Source: Raja brachyura
Taxonomy: Eukaryota
Assembly: GCA_963514005.1 (NCBI GenBank)
Contig: OY740804.1
Span: 5,456,001-5,520,000, forward strand
DNA length: 64,000 nt
Direction: 5' to 3'
Below are positions 10,182 through 23,035 of the stretch, one piece after another. The number at the start of each line of letters is the position of its first letter. The first letter of the stretch is position 1. Under the pieces are notes generated by a model that saw only the letters and a program-made list of their open reading frames with translations, had not been told where the DNA came from and made no database searches. The position numbers were made by a program, and so were the translations under genes.

Positions 10182-13100
10182 CTAAGAGGAAAGAGGCAAA
10201 ACAGTTTAATCAACGGTATTTACTAAGAGTACAGGCGGATGTGCGTCCGATTATTTGTACTTGGTTTAGAAATAGAGATCCCGTGTGGAAACAGGCCCTT
10301 CGGCCCACAGAGTCTGCACCGACCAGTGATCCCCGCATATTAACTATCCTACACACACTAGGGACAATTTACATTTACACCAAGCCAATTTACCTACATA
10401 CCTGGACGTCTTTGGAGTGTGGGAGGAAACCGAAGATCTCGGAGGAAACCCACATTGTAACTGGAGAACGTACAAACTCCCTACAGACAGCACCCGTAGT
10501 TAGGATCGAACCCAGGTTGTGTAAGTCAGCAACTCTACCGCTGCGCCACCGTGCCGCCCTTGTTTGCTTGGGCAAGACTGTTGGGGACACAAAGTGCTGG
10601 AGTAACTCAGCGGTTCAGGGAGCATCTCTGGAGTTCAGGGATAGGTAATATTTTGGGTCATGACCCTGCTTCAGACTTGTGTAAATTGTCCACAGGGTAT
10701 AGGATGGAACAAGAATACAGGTGATCATATGTCGGCATGGATTAGTGAGCCGACGGACCTATTTTCACGTTGTATCACTAACCTAAACTAAAGTGCATTC
10801 CAACATGTTGATTCTCTGCCACATATTGTAGACTTTTACATGTTCTATAATATTCCCCTACTTTTACTTGTTCTATAATATTCCCCTACTTTTACTTGTT
10901 CTATAATATTCCCCTACTTTTACTTGTTCTATAATATTCTGAAACTGTATAAAAATAATCCTTCATTCTCTACATTCTCCCCCAACTATAGACAAACATT
11001 GACTGTGCAACCACCAAGAAACAATGAAAACTACTTGTACAGAAGTAATGTATTATTCATCACTATAGCTATGTAGATATAGGGTAAGTGCTCAGAAGAT
11101 ATAACTTTATAAAAATTTGGCCTTTACCAGATATCCTTTGCCGTTGACGTATCTGTGATTGGAAAAAGTAAATGATGACTTGTTAAAATTGAGATCAATT
11201 ACTGTTGGCTAGTAGTGCAGATAAATGCCTATAACATGTTTAATCTAACTCATCAATTTGTTCACAAACAAAAAGTTAAGTAACCCAGCAGGTCAGGCCA
11301 CATCTCCGGAGAAAAGGAATAGATGACGTTTCGGGTCGACACCTTTTTTCAGACTGAGAGTCAGGGGAAAGGGAAATGAGAGATGTAGACGATGATATAG
11401 AGAGATATAGAGAGATATAGAGAGATATAGAACAAATTAATGAAAGATATGTGAAACAGTAACGATGATCAAGGAAACAGGCTATTGATAACTGTGAGCT
11501 AGGTGTAAATAATGGCAGTGAAACTGGTACAATGACTAGGTTAAAATTTAAATTGGAGTCATAGAGCCATAGAGCCATGGAAGAGTCATACAGCGTAGAA
11601 GTAGGCCCTTTGGCCCAACTTGCCCACAACATGTCCCAGCTACCCTTGTCCCAGTTGCCTGCAGTGGCCCATATCCCTCCAAACCTATTCTATCCATGTT
11701 CCTGTTGAACTGAAATTAAATTAAATGAAAGCTTAAATTAAAGGTTAAATTAAATAAAAAATAATGGTTAAATTAAAATTAAGATTCAAATAGGTAAAAA
11801 TTAATGTTCCAATAGAAAATATCTTAATTTCTTACTAGAATAATAATTCTGTTAAAAGCTCTGGAAACTGCAAACTATATAATAATCCACAATAATAAAA
11901 CAGCAGACTATGTAAGAGCATTAACATTTAAAAAAGTATATTCAAGCCTTACTTTCAATGATATTAAGTTTCACACGACTTCGCAGGTCAATGAAAACTC
12001 TCATAATCGCACACCAATACCACCCTTCATCATTCAGTGTGAGATGCTTCATGGTGACTGAGAACTCCCTGACTTTGGTATCATCTGTAATGGATATTCT
12101 GTCATCAGACGTTGTCATGTTGCGGCCTATGGTTTGTACCAGAATAGTACAGCTCACCCAGTCACTGCCTTTGCACCAGTACTTTGGGAAGTTGCTGAAA
12201 TATCGACCATATGTACAGGTGATATTGACTGATTGCCCCTCTGTTCCATTTACTGCACGAGGTCCACTTAGACCAGCATTTGTAACTGTTCAGTGTGAAA
12301 ATATAAAACACATGTTAAAACATAATATTTGTGGCAGATTAATAATTGGAGAACTAAAGGACTTTCAAACATTTGCTCCATGTTTAGGTCCATTATTGTC
12401 AAGTGTACCGAGGTACAGTGGAAAGCTTTGTTTTTCCTGCACTAAATGTTATTCCCTTTATCCTGTATTTGTACACTGTGGATGACTTGATTGTAATCAT
12501 GTATAGTCTTTCGGCTGACTGGATAGCACGCAACAAAAAGCTTTTCACTGTATCTCTGTACATGTGACAATAATAAACTAAACTAAACTAAACTAAACTA
12601 ACCATCAATGCAATCATCCTACTGAAGTACAATATATAGAGCAAAGGGGAAGATACAGAGTGCAGAATAGTTCTAATCATTGTAGTGCATGAGTTTCATA
12701 GACAAAGTACAATGTCTGCAATGGGGTAGAGGTGATTAGGACAGTACCCATGCTTACGGAAGTAGTGTTCTGCAGCTTGATTACAGAGGAAAAGAGGAAA
12801 AGATGTTCCTGTGTCTGGTGGGGAATTGTTTCAAGCTTATGTACGTTCTGCTGGATGGGAACAGGAAGAAGGAATGATTCGGATGAGACAAGTGTTTAAT
12901 TATGTTGGCTGCTTTTCCAATGTCCTCTATTAGATTACCACCTAAATGGCATCAAGTTAGATTACTATCTAACTGGCGTCAAGTTGGGAAAAGGGGAAGT
13001 ACAACGGGATCTGGGGGGTCATTGTTCATCAGTCTATGAAAGTAACCATGCAGGTACAACATGCAGTGAAGAAAGCGAATGGCATGTTGGCCTTAATAAC

Positions 13101-16100
13101 AAGAGGAATCAATCAGCACGGGAGCACCTCAAGGCTGCGTGCTCAGCCCCCTGCTGTACTCACTCTATACTCATGACTGCTTAGCCGGACATAGTGCGAA
13201 CTCCATCATCAAGTTCGCTGACGACACCACTGTAGTGGGACGTATCACTGATGGCGATGAGTCAGAGTATAGAAGAGAGATCGAGTGACTGTCCATATGG
13301 TGCCAGCACAATAACCTGGCCCTCAGCACCAGCAAAACCAAGGAACATTATTGGATAATGAAGAGGATTTCCAAAGTCTGCAGAGTGATTTAGGCCAGTT
13401 GGAAAAATGGGCTGAAAGATGGCAGATGGAGTTTAATGCTGATAAATGTGAGGTGCTACACCTTGGCAGGACAAATCAAAATAGGACGTACATGGTAAAC
13501 GGTAGGGAATTGAAGAATACAGTTGAACAGAGGGATCTGGGAATAACCGTGCATAGTTCCTTGAAGGTGGAATCTCATATAGATAGGGTGGTAAAGAAAG
13601 CTTTTGGTATGCTAGCCTTTATAAATCAGAGCATTGAGTATAGAAGCTGGGATGTAATGTTAAAATTGTACAAGGCGTTGGTGAGACCAAATCTGGAGTA
13701 TGGTGTGCAGTTTTGGTCGCCCAATTATAGGAAGGATGTCAACAAAATAGAGAGGGTACAGAGGAGATTTACTAGAATGTTGCCTGGGTTTCAACAGCTA
13801 AGTTACAGAGATAGGTTAAATAAGTTAGGTCTTTATTCTCTGGAGCGCAGAAGGTTAAGGGGGGACTTGATAGAGGTCTTTAAAATGATGAGAGGGATAG
13901 ACAGAGTTAATGTGGACAAGCTTTTCCCTTTGAAAATAGGGAAGATTCAAACACGAGGACATGACTTTAGAATTAAGGGCCAGAGGTTTAGGGGTAACAT
14001 GAGGGGGAACTTCTTTACTCAGAGAGTGGTAGCGGTGTGGAATGAGCTTCCAGTGGAAGTGGTGGCGGCAGGTTCGTTGGTATCATTTAAAAATAAATTG
14101 GATAGGCATATGGATGAGAAGGGTATGGAGGGTTATGGTATGAGTGCAGGCAGGTGGGACTAAGGGAAAAAAGTTGTTCGGCACGGACTTGAAGGGCCGA
14201 GATGGCCTGTTTCCGTGCTGTAATTGTTATATGGTTATATATGGTTAACTGATTGTGGACTTTGGAAGGAGTAGGATGGGGACCCAAAGTCCTGTTTATA
14301 TCAAGGGGTCGATGGTTGAAAGGGTCAAGAGCTTCAAATTCCTGGGCGTGCACATCTCTGAAGATCTTTCCTGGTCCGAGAACACAGATGCAATTATTAA
14401 GAAAGCTCATGAGCGCCTCTACTTCCTGAGAAGATTACAGAGAGTCAGTCTGTCAAGGAGGACTCTCTCTAACTTCTACAGGTGCACAGTAGAGAGTTTG
14501 CTGACCGGTTGCATTGTGGCTTGGTTCAGCAACTTGAGCGCCCTGGAGAGGAAAAGACTACAAAAAGTAGTAAACAGTCCATCATCGGCTCTGACCTTCT
14601 TTCCATCGAGGGGATCTATCACAGTCGCTGCCTCAAAAAGGCTGGCAGCATCATCAAGGACCCACACCATCCAGGCCACACACTCATCTCCCTGCTACCT
14701 TCGGGTGGAAGGTACAGGAGCCTGAGGACTGCAACGCCCAGGTTCTGGAATAGCTACTTCCCCACAGCCATCAGGGTATTAAACTTAGCTCGGACAAAAC
14801 TCTGAACATTAATACCCCTCCATCTGTTATTTGCACTTTATCAATGTATTCATTCATGTGTCTATTTACGTATGTAATGGTATATGGACACACTAATCTG
14901 TTTTGTAGTCAATGCCTACTATGTTCCGTTGTGCTATGCAAAGCAAGAATTTAATTGTCTTGTCAGGGACACATGACAACAAATTCTTTTGTCTTTTGAC
15001 TTTGACTTTGAATCGAATATAGGAGCAAAGAGGTCCTTCTGCAGTTGAGACCACACATGGAGTATTGTGTGCAGTTTTGGTCCCCTAATTTGAGGAAGGA
15101 CATTCTGGCTATTGAGGGAGTGCAGCGTAGGTTTAGAAGATTAATTCCCGGGATGGTGGGACTGTCATATGCTGAGAGAATGGAGCAGCTGGAGTTTAGA
15201 AGGAGGAGAGGGCATCTCATTGAAACATATAAGATTGTTAAAGGTTTGGACGTGCAAGAGGCAGGAAACATGTTCCCGATATTGGGGGAGTCCAGAACCA
15301 GGGGCCACAGTTTAAGAATAAGAAGTAAGCCATTTAGAACGGAGACGAGGAAACACTTTTTCTCACAGAGGGTTGTGAGTCTGTGGAATTCTCAGCATAA
15401 GAGGGCCATGGAGGCAGGTTCTGTGGATGCTTTCAAGAGAGAGCTAGATAGGGCTCTTAAAAATAGCGGAGTCAGGGGATATGGGGAGAAGGCAGGAATG
15501 GGGTACTGATTGGGGATGATCAGCCATGATCACATTGAATGGTGGTGCTGGCTCGAAGGGCCGAATAGCACTACTCATGCACCATTGTCTATTGTCTCTC
15601 GCACCAAATTCGAATTCACCCTACATAGAGTCATAGAGTGATACAGGATTAAAATAAGCCCTTCGGCCAAACTTGCCCACACCAGCCAACATGTCCCAGT
15701 TACACTAACCCCAACTGCCCATGTTTGGCCCACATCCCTCCAAACATGTCCTATCCATGTACCTGTTTAACTGTTTCTGGAATGTTGGGATAGTCCCAGC
15801 CTCAACTATCTCCTCTGGCAACTTGTTCCATACGCCCAGCACCCTACATGTGAAAAAGTTACCCCTCAAATTTCTATTAAATCATTTCCCCTTCACCTTA
15901 ATCTTATGTCCTCTGGTCCACAATTCACCTACTCTCGGCAAGAGACATCTGTTTCCTTTGAATGTTTAAATGTGAAACTGGCAGATCATAATTTTTTGCT
16001 ACATAAAATATTATGTCCTTACTTCATTCCGAGATATATGTACATTGCCTTAAGTACTTTTTTTCACTTCCTGAACTACTCACATAATTGAAACGGTTTC

Positions 16101-17214
16101 ACAAACGGGACAGCAAGATTGCAAGGAATGCCAAAGTTTAACCACGCTGGCTGTTCTTAAAAAATATTCTGCTTTTCCTTGCTTCATTTCAAGATAGATA
16201 ATTTCACAATTCTTCATATCATATTGCACTTGCTTTCCCCCCAATCATCTAACCATCCTTATACTGACATGATATGGCTCAGAACAGGACATGAAGAGCT
16301 GGAGTAACTCAGCGGCTTAGGCAGAATCTGTGGAGAAGGATAAGCAACATTTTTGGGTTGGCTGCCAGCCCAGTTAGTGAAGCAGAAATCAATTAAAAAG
16401 TGTAGATAACGGATAAGTGTGCTCGGAATTAAAATGCTTAAAATGGCTTTAATTATTTGGAAAGAAAATTCAAGTCAATCTATGAAGAACAGATGCTGCA
16501 CAAAGCAGAAGGAAACAAGGATGACTCGAAACATCGTCAGAGAATTTCCAAACAATTTGTAGACAATCATGAGGTTTTTAATGCAGTCACTGTTGTAATG
16601 TAGGTGGCAAGAGGACTGATTTGTGTGCATCAACCTCCCACAAGTACAAAGAGGGGTCGGACACTCAGATTCGATCATCCAGTTCTCATAGTTGGGTATG
16701 TTTGATCTTCTGTGAACAATGTACGTAACAGATTATAGAGGTTGGATAATGGAGACTGCATGATTTCCCATTCATACAAGCGAACTTAGTTTAGACATAC
16801 AGTGTGGAAACTGGCTCGTCAGCCCACCGAGTCCACGCCGACCAGCGATTCGAGCACACGGGCACTATCCTGCACACACTTGGGCCAATTTACAGTGATA
16901 CCAAGCCAATTAACATATATATGTACATCTTTGGACTCATTAGGAGAACGTACAAACTCCATACAGACAGCACCCATAGTCAGGATTGAACCCAGATCTC
17001 CGGCGCTGTAAGGCAGCAACTCTACAACTGCGCCACCGTGCCGCACAACTGCTGATGTGAACAATCCTATAATTCGGCAAGTCAACCTCTCCCAATCATC
17101 CTTAGTTCCACTAAAACCTAATCTATCTATGATCATGTACCAATATGCAGCCAAGAGCAATTGCAGGCACTTACCCGAGAAGGAGATCATGAAACAAAGA
17201 AATACAAAATACAT
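10085..17214 (-). CDS. Gene B: complete CD300/pIgR-like single-V receptor, 164 aa, Arg-containing TM, essentially tailless (activating type). Exons 17214-17175, 12285-11953, 11152-11128, 10181-10085
   Basis: Spliced product MYFVFLCFMISFS|VTNAGLSGPRAVNGTEGQSVNITCTYGRYFSNFPKYWCKGSDWVSCTILVQT...LNDEGWYWCAIMRVFIDLRSRVKLNIIE|NTSTAKDI|WKHNTNYNRIWNIMRWIFLAILLVWGIVTARM*. All introns are GT-AG with compatible phases (1,1,2); 495 nt. Confidence 0.9.
10836..10940. repeat. 28-bp minisatellite (~4 copies) expanded inside the inverted-repeat arm
   Basis: Unit ttttacttgttctataatattcccctac repeated; single copy in the 9001-9155 arm. Confidence 0.9.
11128..11152 (-). CDS. Gene B 25-nt stalk micro-exon (phase 1-2)
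   Basis: ttttccaatcacag|ATACGTCAACGGCAAAGGATATCTG|gtaaag; exactly bridges the V-exon and TM-exon phases. Confidence 0.8.
11953..12285 (-). CDS. Gene B Ig V-domain exon (333 nt)
   Basis: Includes ORF 11942-12157; KYWC-x6-C and DEGWYWC motifs; AG/GT boundaries. Confidence 0.93.
13111..15009 (+). mobile_element. Rex1/Babar-type LINE, 5'-truncated and disrupted, itself split by a CR1
   Basis: [25 protein letters not shown] at 13125-13345 continues at 14248 ([22 protein letters not shown]); (ttttgac)n tail; gaatc at both ends. Confidence 0.85.
13348..14247 (+). mobile_element. Young 5'-truncated CR1 LINE (uninterrupted 270-aa RT C-terminal ORF 13351-14163)
   Basis: WQMEFNADKCEVLHLG, LYKALVRPNLEYGVQFWSP, FFTQRVVAVWNELP; (atatggtt)n tail. 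Confidence 0.92.
17175..17214 (-). CDS. Gene B signal-peptide exon (40 nt)
   Basis: MYFVFLCFMISFS+G|gtaagt. Confidence 0.85.
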
Positions 17215-17381
17215 AGTTTTCCGTTTTTAAAGCAAATATGATCCCAGTGGAACTTGTGATATTGTTCCTATTTTGTATCTTTGCACAGATCTGCTTGAGT
17301 TTCGAAATTACCATTCGTTACAGTAAGTATATTTATAGCAATAGCACGGGGCTGGTGACAGCATGAATTATAGAAGCCTTT

Positions 17382-17537
17382 GGGGTGGGAGATTGCAACC
17401 TTCACGTGGCCCGCCCAGTTTTGACTAATGCAATCAACCCGACATGCAAATTCAAATAAGATCAATTTGAACAAGTTGTCCGACAACTTTAGGCTGTGCA
17501 CGCCATACGCAAGAAGAAGAAGATGAAGAAGAAGAAG
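17382..17537 (+). mobile_element. 156-bp retroposon with (AAG)n tail and 12-bp TSD in the gene B proximal promoter
   Basis: atagaagccttt (17370-17381) and atagaagtcttt (17538-17549) flank an element ending gcacgccatacgc(aag)n. Confidence 0.8.
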
Positions 17538-19104
17538 ATAGAAGTCTTTCTATTTTATTCTCAGCTCATTCTAGCATTGATGCAAGTTTAGGATTGGATA
17601 TTAAGCTGTGGCTGAGCAAAGATAAATCTTAAGGCCTGATGTTTGAGATCTGGTGATTAAATTATTTCTCAATGCTGAGAAACTATATTCTGTACTCTGT
17701 ATCTTTACCTTCACTCTACCGATTATACTTGACTTTTGTCTTGATTGCATTTGATCTAAGCAGAAGTCCAGGGCAGATAAGAATTTAAAATCCACAAAGC
17801 AGTGACATGCATTGAATCCCTCTACACGTCACACCGCCTCATCAAGGCCGCCAGCATTATCAAGGCCGAGCCTCTCCCTCTTCTCCCCTCTCCCATCAGG
17901 TAAGAGGTGCAGAAGTTTGAAAACGCACACCTCCAGATTCACGGACAGTTTCTTCCCAGCTGTTATCACCCAACTGAACCACCCTCTCACCAACTAGGGA
18001 GCTGTTCTGACCTTCCATCCACCTCATTGGAGACCTTTGAACTATCTTTAATTGGTCTTTACTGGACTTTATCGTGTACTAAACGTTATTCCCTTGATAC
18101 TGTGGACGGCTTGATTGTAATCATGTGTAGTCTTTCTGCTGACTGGATAACATGCAACAGAAATGCTTTTCACTGCACCTTGGTACACATGACAATAAAC
18201 CAAACTAAACTAAACAATGTCACCCAAGATTGTGCTGTGGACATAAGTGAGAAGTTGAACGTTACACTTGGCTTGATTGTAATCATGTATAGTCTTATGG
18301 TCACATGTACCTTGGCACACGTAACAATAATAAAGTAAAGTAAAGCACAGAGTCTCTTGCCAAGAGTAGGAGAATAGAGAACCAGGGGACATAGGTTTAA
18401 CATGAAAGGGAAAAGATTTAATAGGAATCTGAAGGGTCACCTTTTCATGCAAAGGGTGGTAGGTGCACAGAACGAGTTGCCTGAGGAGGTAGTTGAGGCT
18501 GGGACTATCGCAACGTGTAATAAACAATAAGACAGGTAGATGGATAGGACGGGTTTAGAGGGTTACGGGGTAAACGCTGGCAGGTGGGACCAGTGTAGAT
18601 GGGGCATGTTACTGTGGGCAAATTAGGCCGAAGGATCTGTTTTCATGCTGTATCACTCTTTGATGCTATGAAAATAAAGTGAAGACTAAAGTAAAGTAAA
18701 CTAATTCCCTGCTTGCACTATGATCAGGCTTTTTCCCACAATATTGATGAGATCTGTAGGCATCTATTTCCACTTCAGTCACTTTGGTTATTTTACAAAA
18801 GGCTCCATGAGGAAGTGCCTGTTTCTGTTGCTATGCGTTCATTATTCAACCCAGTTTCGATCACACTGGAGCCAAACTTCCAAATGAACTTTAATAATCC
18901 ATTGGTTGCAAAATCTCCCCTAACTTCAGGCTGATTATGTGAGTGGGGCAGAAGTTATTTTGTTCATCAATCTTTTGAGCAGTGGACCTCTTAATACCTC
19001 CTGTCTAAATACCTCCCCATGTGGTGTGGGAACAAGATTTTATTTAAGAATTCTCTTGTGCGGAGTCTTGAAATGTTCCACTGTGTTAAAGTTGCTTTAT
19101 TATA

Positions 19105-19830
19105 AACTTTTATTTCAGACTCAAGGTCAAGACAAGAGACGACATTACATATAATACATACCATCTAAATACATCATAAAATACATATAAAAGCATAGTA
19201 AATTACTAATAGGAGCATGATAAATTATATACAAAAACACAATACATGATTTAAAATCCAGAATAAAAAGAAAGATCAACGTCCTACAACGAGACAACGT
19301 TACCAGTGACTCCACAATTGGGATTGGTAGCCTGTAGTGCTAAACCTTATGTTTGACAAGACCATGATAATTACATGTTCAGTCATTTATCCTGCAAATG
19401 AATTTATACATATTTGTTAGGATAGCTTCTAAAGTACTGACTCCTGCAGCCACAAACATGTTACTAGCACGGCACCATCTAAGTTTCCTTAGCAGTGTTC
19501 TCATGGCATCATTATAAGCCACCTTTAGTTTCTGTAAACTTGTCTTTCCGTAGTTTGACCACAGGTGTGCAGTATAGAGTGGTGTCCAATATGCTCGAAA
19601 CAGAGGCATCTTTGCCACTTCTGTACACGCACCATTATAAGCCACCTTTAGTTTCTGTAAACTTGTCTTTCCGTAGTTTGACCACAGGTGTGCAGTATAG
19701 AGTGGTGTCCAATATGCTCGAAACAGAGGCATCTTTATGACTTCTGTACACGCACCAAACTTACGCAAGAGAATATTTGCCTGTACGTACAGCATATGTC
19801 GTTGCCTATAAATATCCTCATCATAGTCAT
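19105..19830 (-). mobile_element. RTE-X-like LINE 3' fragment with an internal in-frame 123-bp tandem duplication
   Basis: ORF 19379-19795 LYVQANILLRKF..LFRAYWTPLYTAHLW (repeated twice). LINE RT C-terminus recognised; clade assignment from recall only. Confidence 0.6.
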
Positions 19831-22800
19831 TTATAAGTAAAATATCATCTTAACACCTCAACCATGACTCAAATGGTATTTTTTAATGGTGTTAAGGTTG
19901 GTAACAACTGATAATTGTTAAGGTTAACACCATTGATGAGCAGAGGGATCTTTTGGTCCAAATCCCCGACTCTCTGGAAGTGGTAACACAAGTAGATAGA
20001 GTGGTAAAAAAAAGGATTAAAGGAAATAATAGGAAAGGTATTGTAAATAGGAAAGGTATTGTAAATGTTATCCACATTTTGTTCAAATAATTCAATAAGT
20101 TACCTGACCTAGAAACTATCACCTGGGAATAGAACTACTTAGAGACATAGTCATGGCCTCATGGCACAGTAACAGGCCCTTCTGTTATAGTTTATAGACA
20201 CAGCATGGAAACAGGCCCTTCGGACACCGAGTCCGTGCCCACCAGTGGTAACCCTGTACACTAGCTCTGTCGTAAATATTAGAAACAATTTACAATATTT
20301 ATTGAAGCCAATTAACAGACAAACCTGTACGTCTTTGTAGTGCGGGCGGAACCCTGAGCACCCAGAGAAACCCACGTGGGTCACGGGGAGAACGTACAAA
20401 CTCTGTACTGACAGCACCCATAGTCAGGATCGAACCCGGGTCTCTGCTGCTGTAAAGCAGCCACTCCACCGCTGCGCCATCGTGTCGTCCTGGCTGTTCC
20501 CTGATGCCGGGGCTGTCCTTCACACCACAAGCCTCTAGGCTCCACTATCTATTATTTTCCCTCTGAAAGCAGCCACAAATTCACAGGCTTGAAAAGAGAG
20601 GAAACTGTCTGACAATTGGATTAGAAAATGTGAAATGTTATTATCGCAGTGCAAATGCTGCTGATTACTGCAAATCTAGTATCTTCCTCCCTCTCCTGGT
20701 GTAGTGAAGAGATGTCAGCTGGAACAGCTCCATAATCTCATTGTTCATGGGGACTGCCGACATGGGAATCCCAGTACATGTCCAACTAAGTACTGTTGGT
20801 GGAGTGATGACGGAATATATACCAGTCATTTATTGACTCATTCACAACTTGTGGCAGAGCCAAATGTCCGTTTTCAATTGCACTTGACTTTAATAGTTTG
20901 TTCGGCTTTTTCACATCAATAATGTCATTGATTTGTTTGTGCCTATGATTTAGTTTTTACTGAAGGATGTTAGTGAAAGATAGATTTACATGACAACTTT
21001 GTGGCTTAATTGTTACTATGAGTGATATGGGCATTTTAAAAACAATATTCATGTTTTTCATTTGAAAATAGACTTGATTTTGCAATAATTCCAGCTTTTA
21101 GAAATATTGATCTTGGACAGATCTTGGATCTTGGAACTTGGGCGGCACGTTGGCACAGCGGTAGAGTTGCTGCCTCACAGCGCCAGAGACTCGGGTTCGA
21201 TACTGACTATGGGTGCTGTCTGCACAGAGTTTTACGTTCTGCCCGTGCCTATGTGGGTTTCTCCGGGTGCTCAGGGTTCCACCCGCACTACAAACACATA
21301 CAGGTTTGTAGGTTAATTGGCTTTGATAAATATTGTAAATTGTCCCTAGTATTTACGACAGTGCTAGTGTACGGGGTTACCGCTGATGGGCACGGACTCG
21401 GTGGGCCGAAGGGCCTGTTTCCTATGTGGGTTTCTCCGGGTGCTCAGGGTTCCACCCACACTCCAAAGACATACAGGTTTGTCGGTTTGTAGGTTTTCTC
21501 CAAGATCTTCGGCTTCCTCTTACACTTCAAGATGTACAGGTTTATAGGTTAATTGGCTTAGTATAAATGTAAATTGTCCCTAGTGTATGTAGGATAGTGA
21601 TAATGTGCGGGGGTCACTGGTCGGCATAGACTCGGTGGACCGAATGGCCTGTTTCTGCTATAACTCTAAACTAAACTAAACTAAACTAAAGTAGACAGCA
21701 TTACTAGTACTGGGCAGGAAATCGATTCATTAAGGGAAATCACAGCACTTAGTTTAGAGGAAATCATATTCAGAAATGTGACCGTTTCTGGTAAAATTAC
21801 AAATAAAGTTGATGAAGGTAATGAAGTTAATGTACAAATGAGCTTCCAGATGGTTTTAATAACAGGATAAATGGCAGATATCAGGAATAAAAGTAAAGTT
21901 GAATAATATGAAGAACAAAAAAGATGCATTTATGGATAGGAACACAACGTGGTGGCACCAGCAGTGGCTGCCTCGCCAACAGTCTGTCTGTCCTTTTTTT
22001 TTGTTATTTCTAGTATGTGTTAAAATCATGTTTTAGTGCTCCTTGGTTTGTTTTATGTGGGGGAAACTTTTTTCCAATCTTACCTCGACGTAGATGCGGT
22101 TTGTATCTCCGTCCCAACTGCGGCCTAACATCGTGGAGTTGGTGGCCTTTCCTGGAGACGGATGGCGCTATGCAGGAGTTTCGATCACCCCGATGGGGAT
22201 GCGGAGGGTTGATTGCCCCGACTGCGGATGGTTTGACTGCCCCGACCACGGGAGAACAAAGAGGAAGAAGATTGAAATGTATTGCCTTCCATCACAGTGA
22301 GAAATATGGAATCCACTGTGATGGATGTTGATGTTAACTTCTATATGGTTATGTGTCTTGTTGCTTTTCACTTAGTTTGGCTGTTCGGTAACTCAAATTT
22401 CACTATACCTTAATTGGTACATGTGACAGTAAACTAGCCTTGAAACCTTGAAGATGGTTAAGTATCATACGACAGAGGAAAGACACTGAAAACTGGGGTA
22501 ACAGTGGGTCAGACAGCATCTCTGGGGAAAAGGAATAGGTGATGTTTTAGGTCGAGACCCTTCATCCGACAGAGTCAGGGTAAAGGGGACCCAGACTCGC
22601 TAGGACAGAGGAATATGGGTGATTGGCCGTTTATTGAGCAGGAGGAAGGTAAATAGTGAGATTGGTGTTGGCTTTTTAAAAATTGATATAAGTGACCTAG
22701 ACTTGGACTTGCAAGTCACAAGTTTGAAATGAGCTGATGATGCAAAATGAAATAGTAAGATTAAATTAGAACTTATCAGTTTGAAGTTTGATCCTTATTT

Positions 22801-22927
22801 TATGAGGAGTTACGATGAGGGATTACGTGAAGACCCCGCCAGCACGCATGCGCGACATTCTTCAAAGCAGTAGTGTGAAAGCACAGATACCAGTAAGATA
22901 AGAGAACTAGCATACCAGTTGACCGGA

Positions 22928-23035
22928 GTAATCCCTCATCGTAACTCCTCATAAAATAAAGATCAAACTTCAAACTGGTAAGTTCTCATTTAATCTTATT
23001 ATTTTACTTCGGAGTCACGTGAGTAACTACGTGAA
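22928..23035 (-). repeat. DIRS internal complementary region (ICR)
   Basis: The first ~76 nt pair with the terminal extension 22751-22826 (4 mismatches by eye); the remainder pairs with 27810-27843. Confidence 0.9.

Larger units (their letters stand above)
12945..15600 (+). mobile_element. Older CR1 LINE fragment (12945-13110 + 15015-15600) split by a Rex1/Babar insertion
   Basis: aagaggaatc...gaatataggagcaaagagg is continuous across the insert; ORF 15045-15509 RPHMEYCVQFWSPNLRKDI. Confidence 0.8.

Noticed and set aside
9986-10648. 220-aa plus-strand ORF
   Set aside because: Chance frame through the antisense of the gene B TM exon and a SINE.
11958-12485. 175-aa plus-strand ORF
   Set aside because: Antisense shadow of the gene B V exon.
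20104-20122. 19-nt micro-exon-like segment (cag|...CAG|gtaac, minus strand)
   Set aside because: No compatible partner exon or acceptor before the gene B ATG; indistinguishable from chance.
21140-21215. tRNA gene
   Set aside because: tRNA-like head of a V-SINE, followed by the SINE core and tail.
21681-21929. Hydrophobic 82-aa ORF as a receptor exon
   Set aside because: AT-rich composition explains the hydrophobicity; no family motif or donor.
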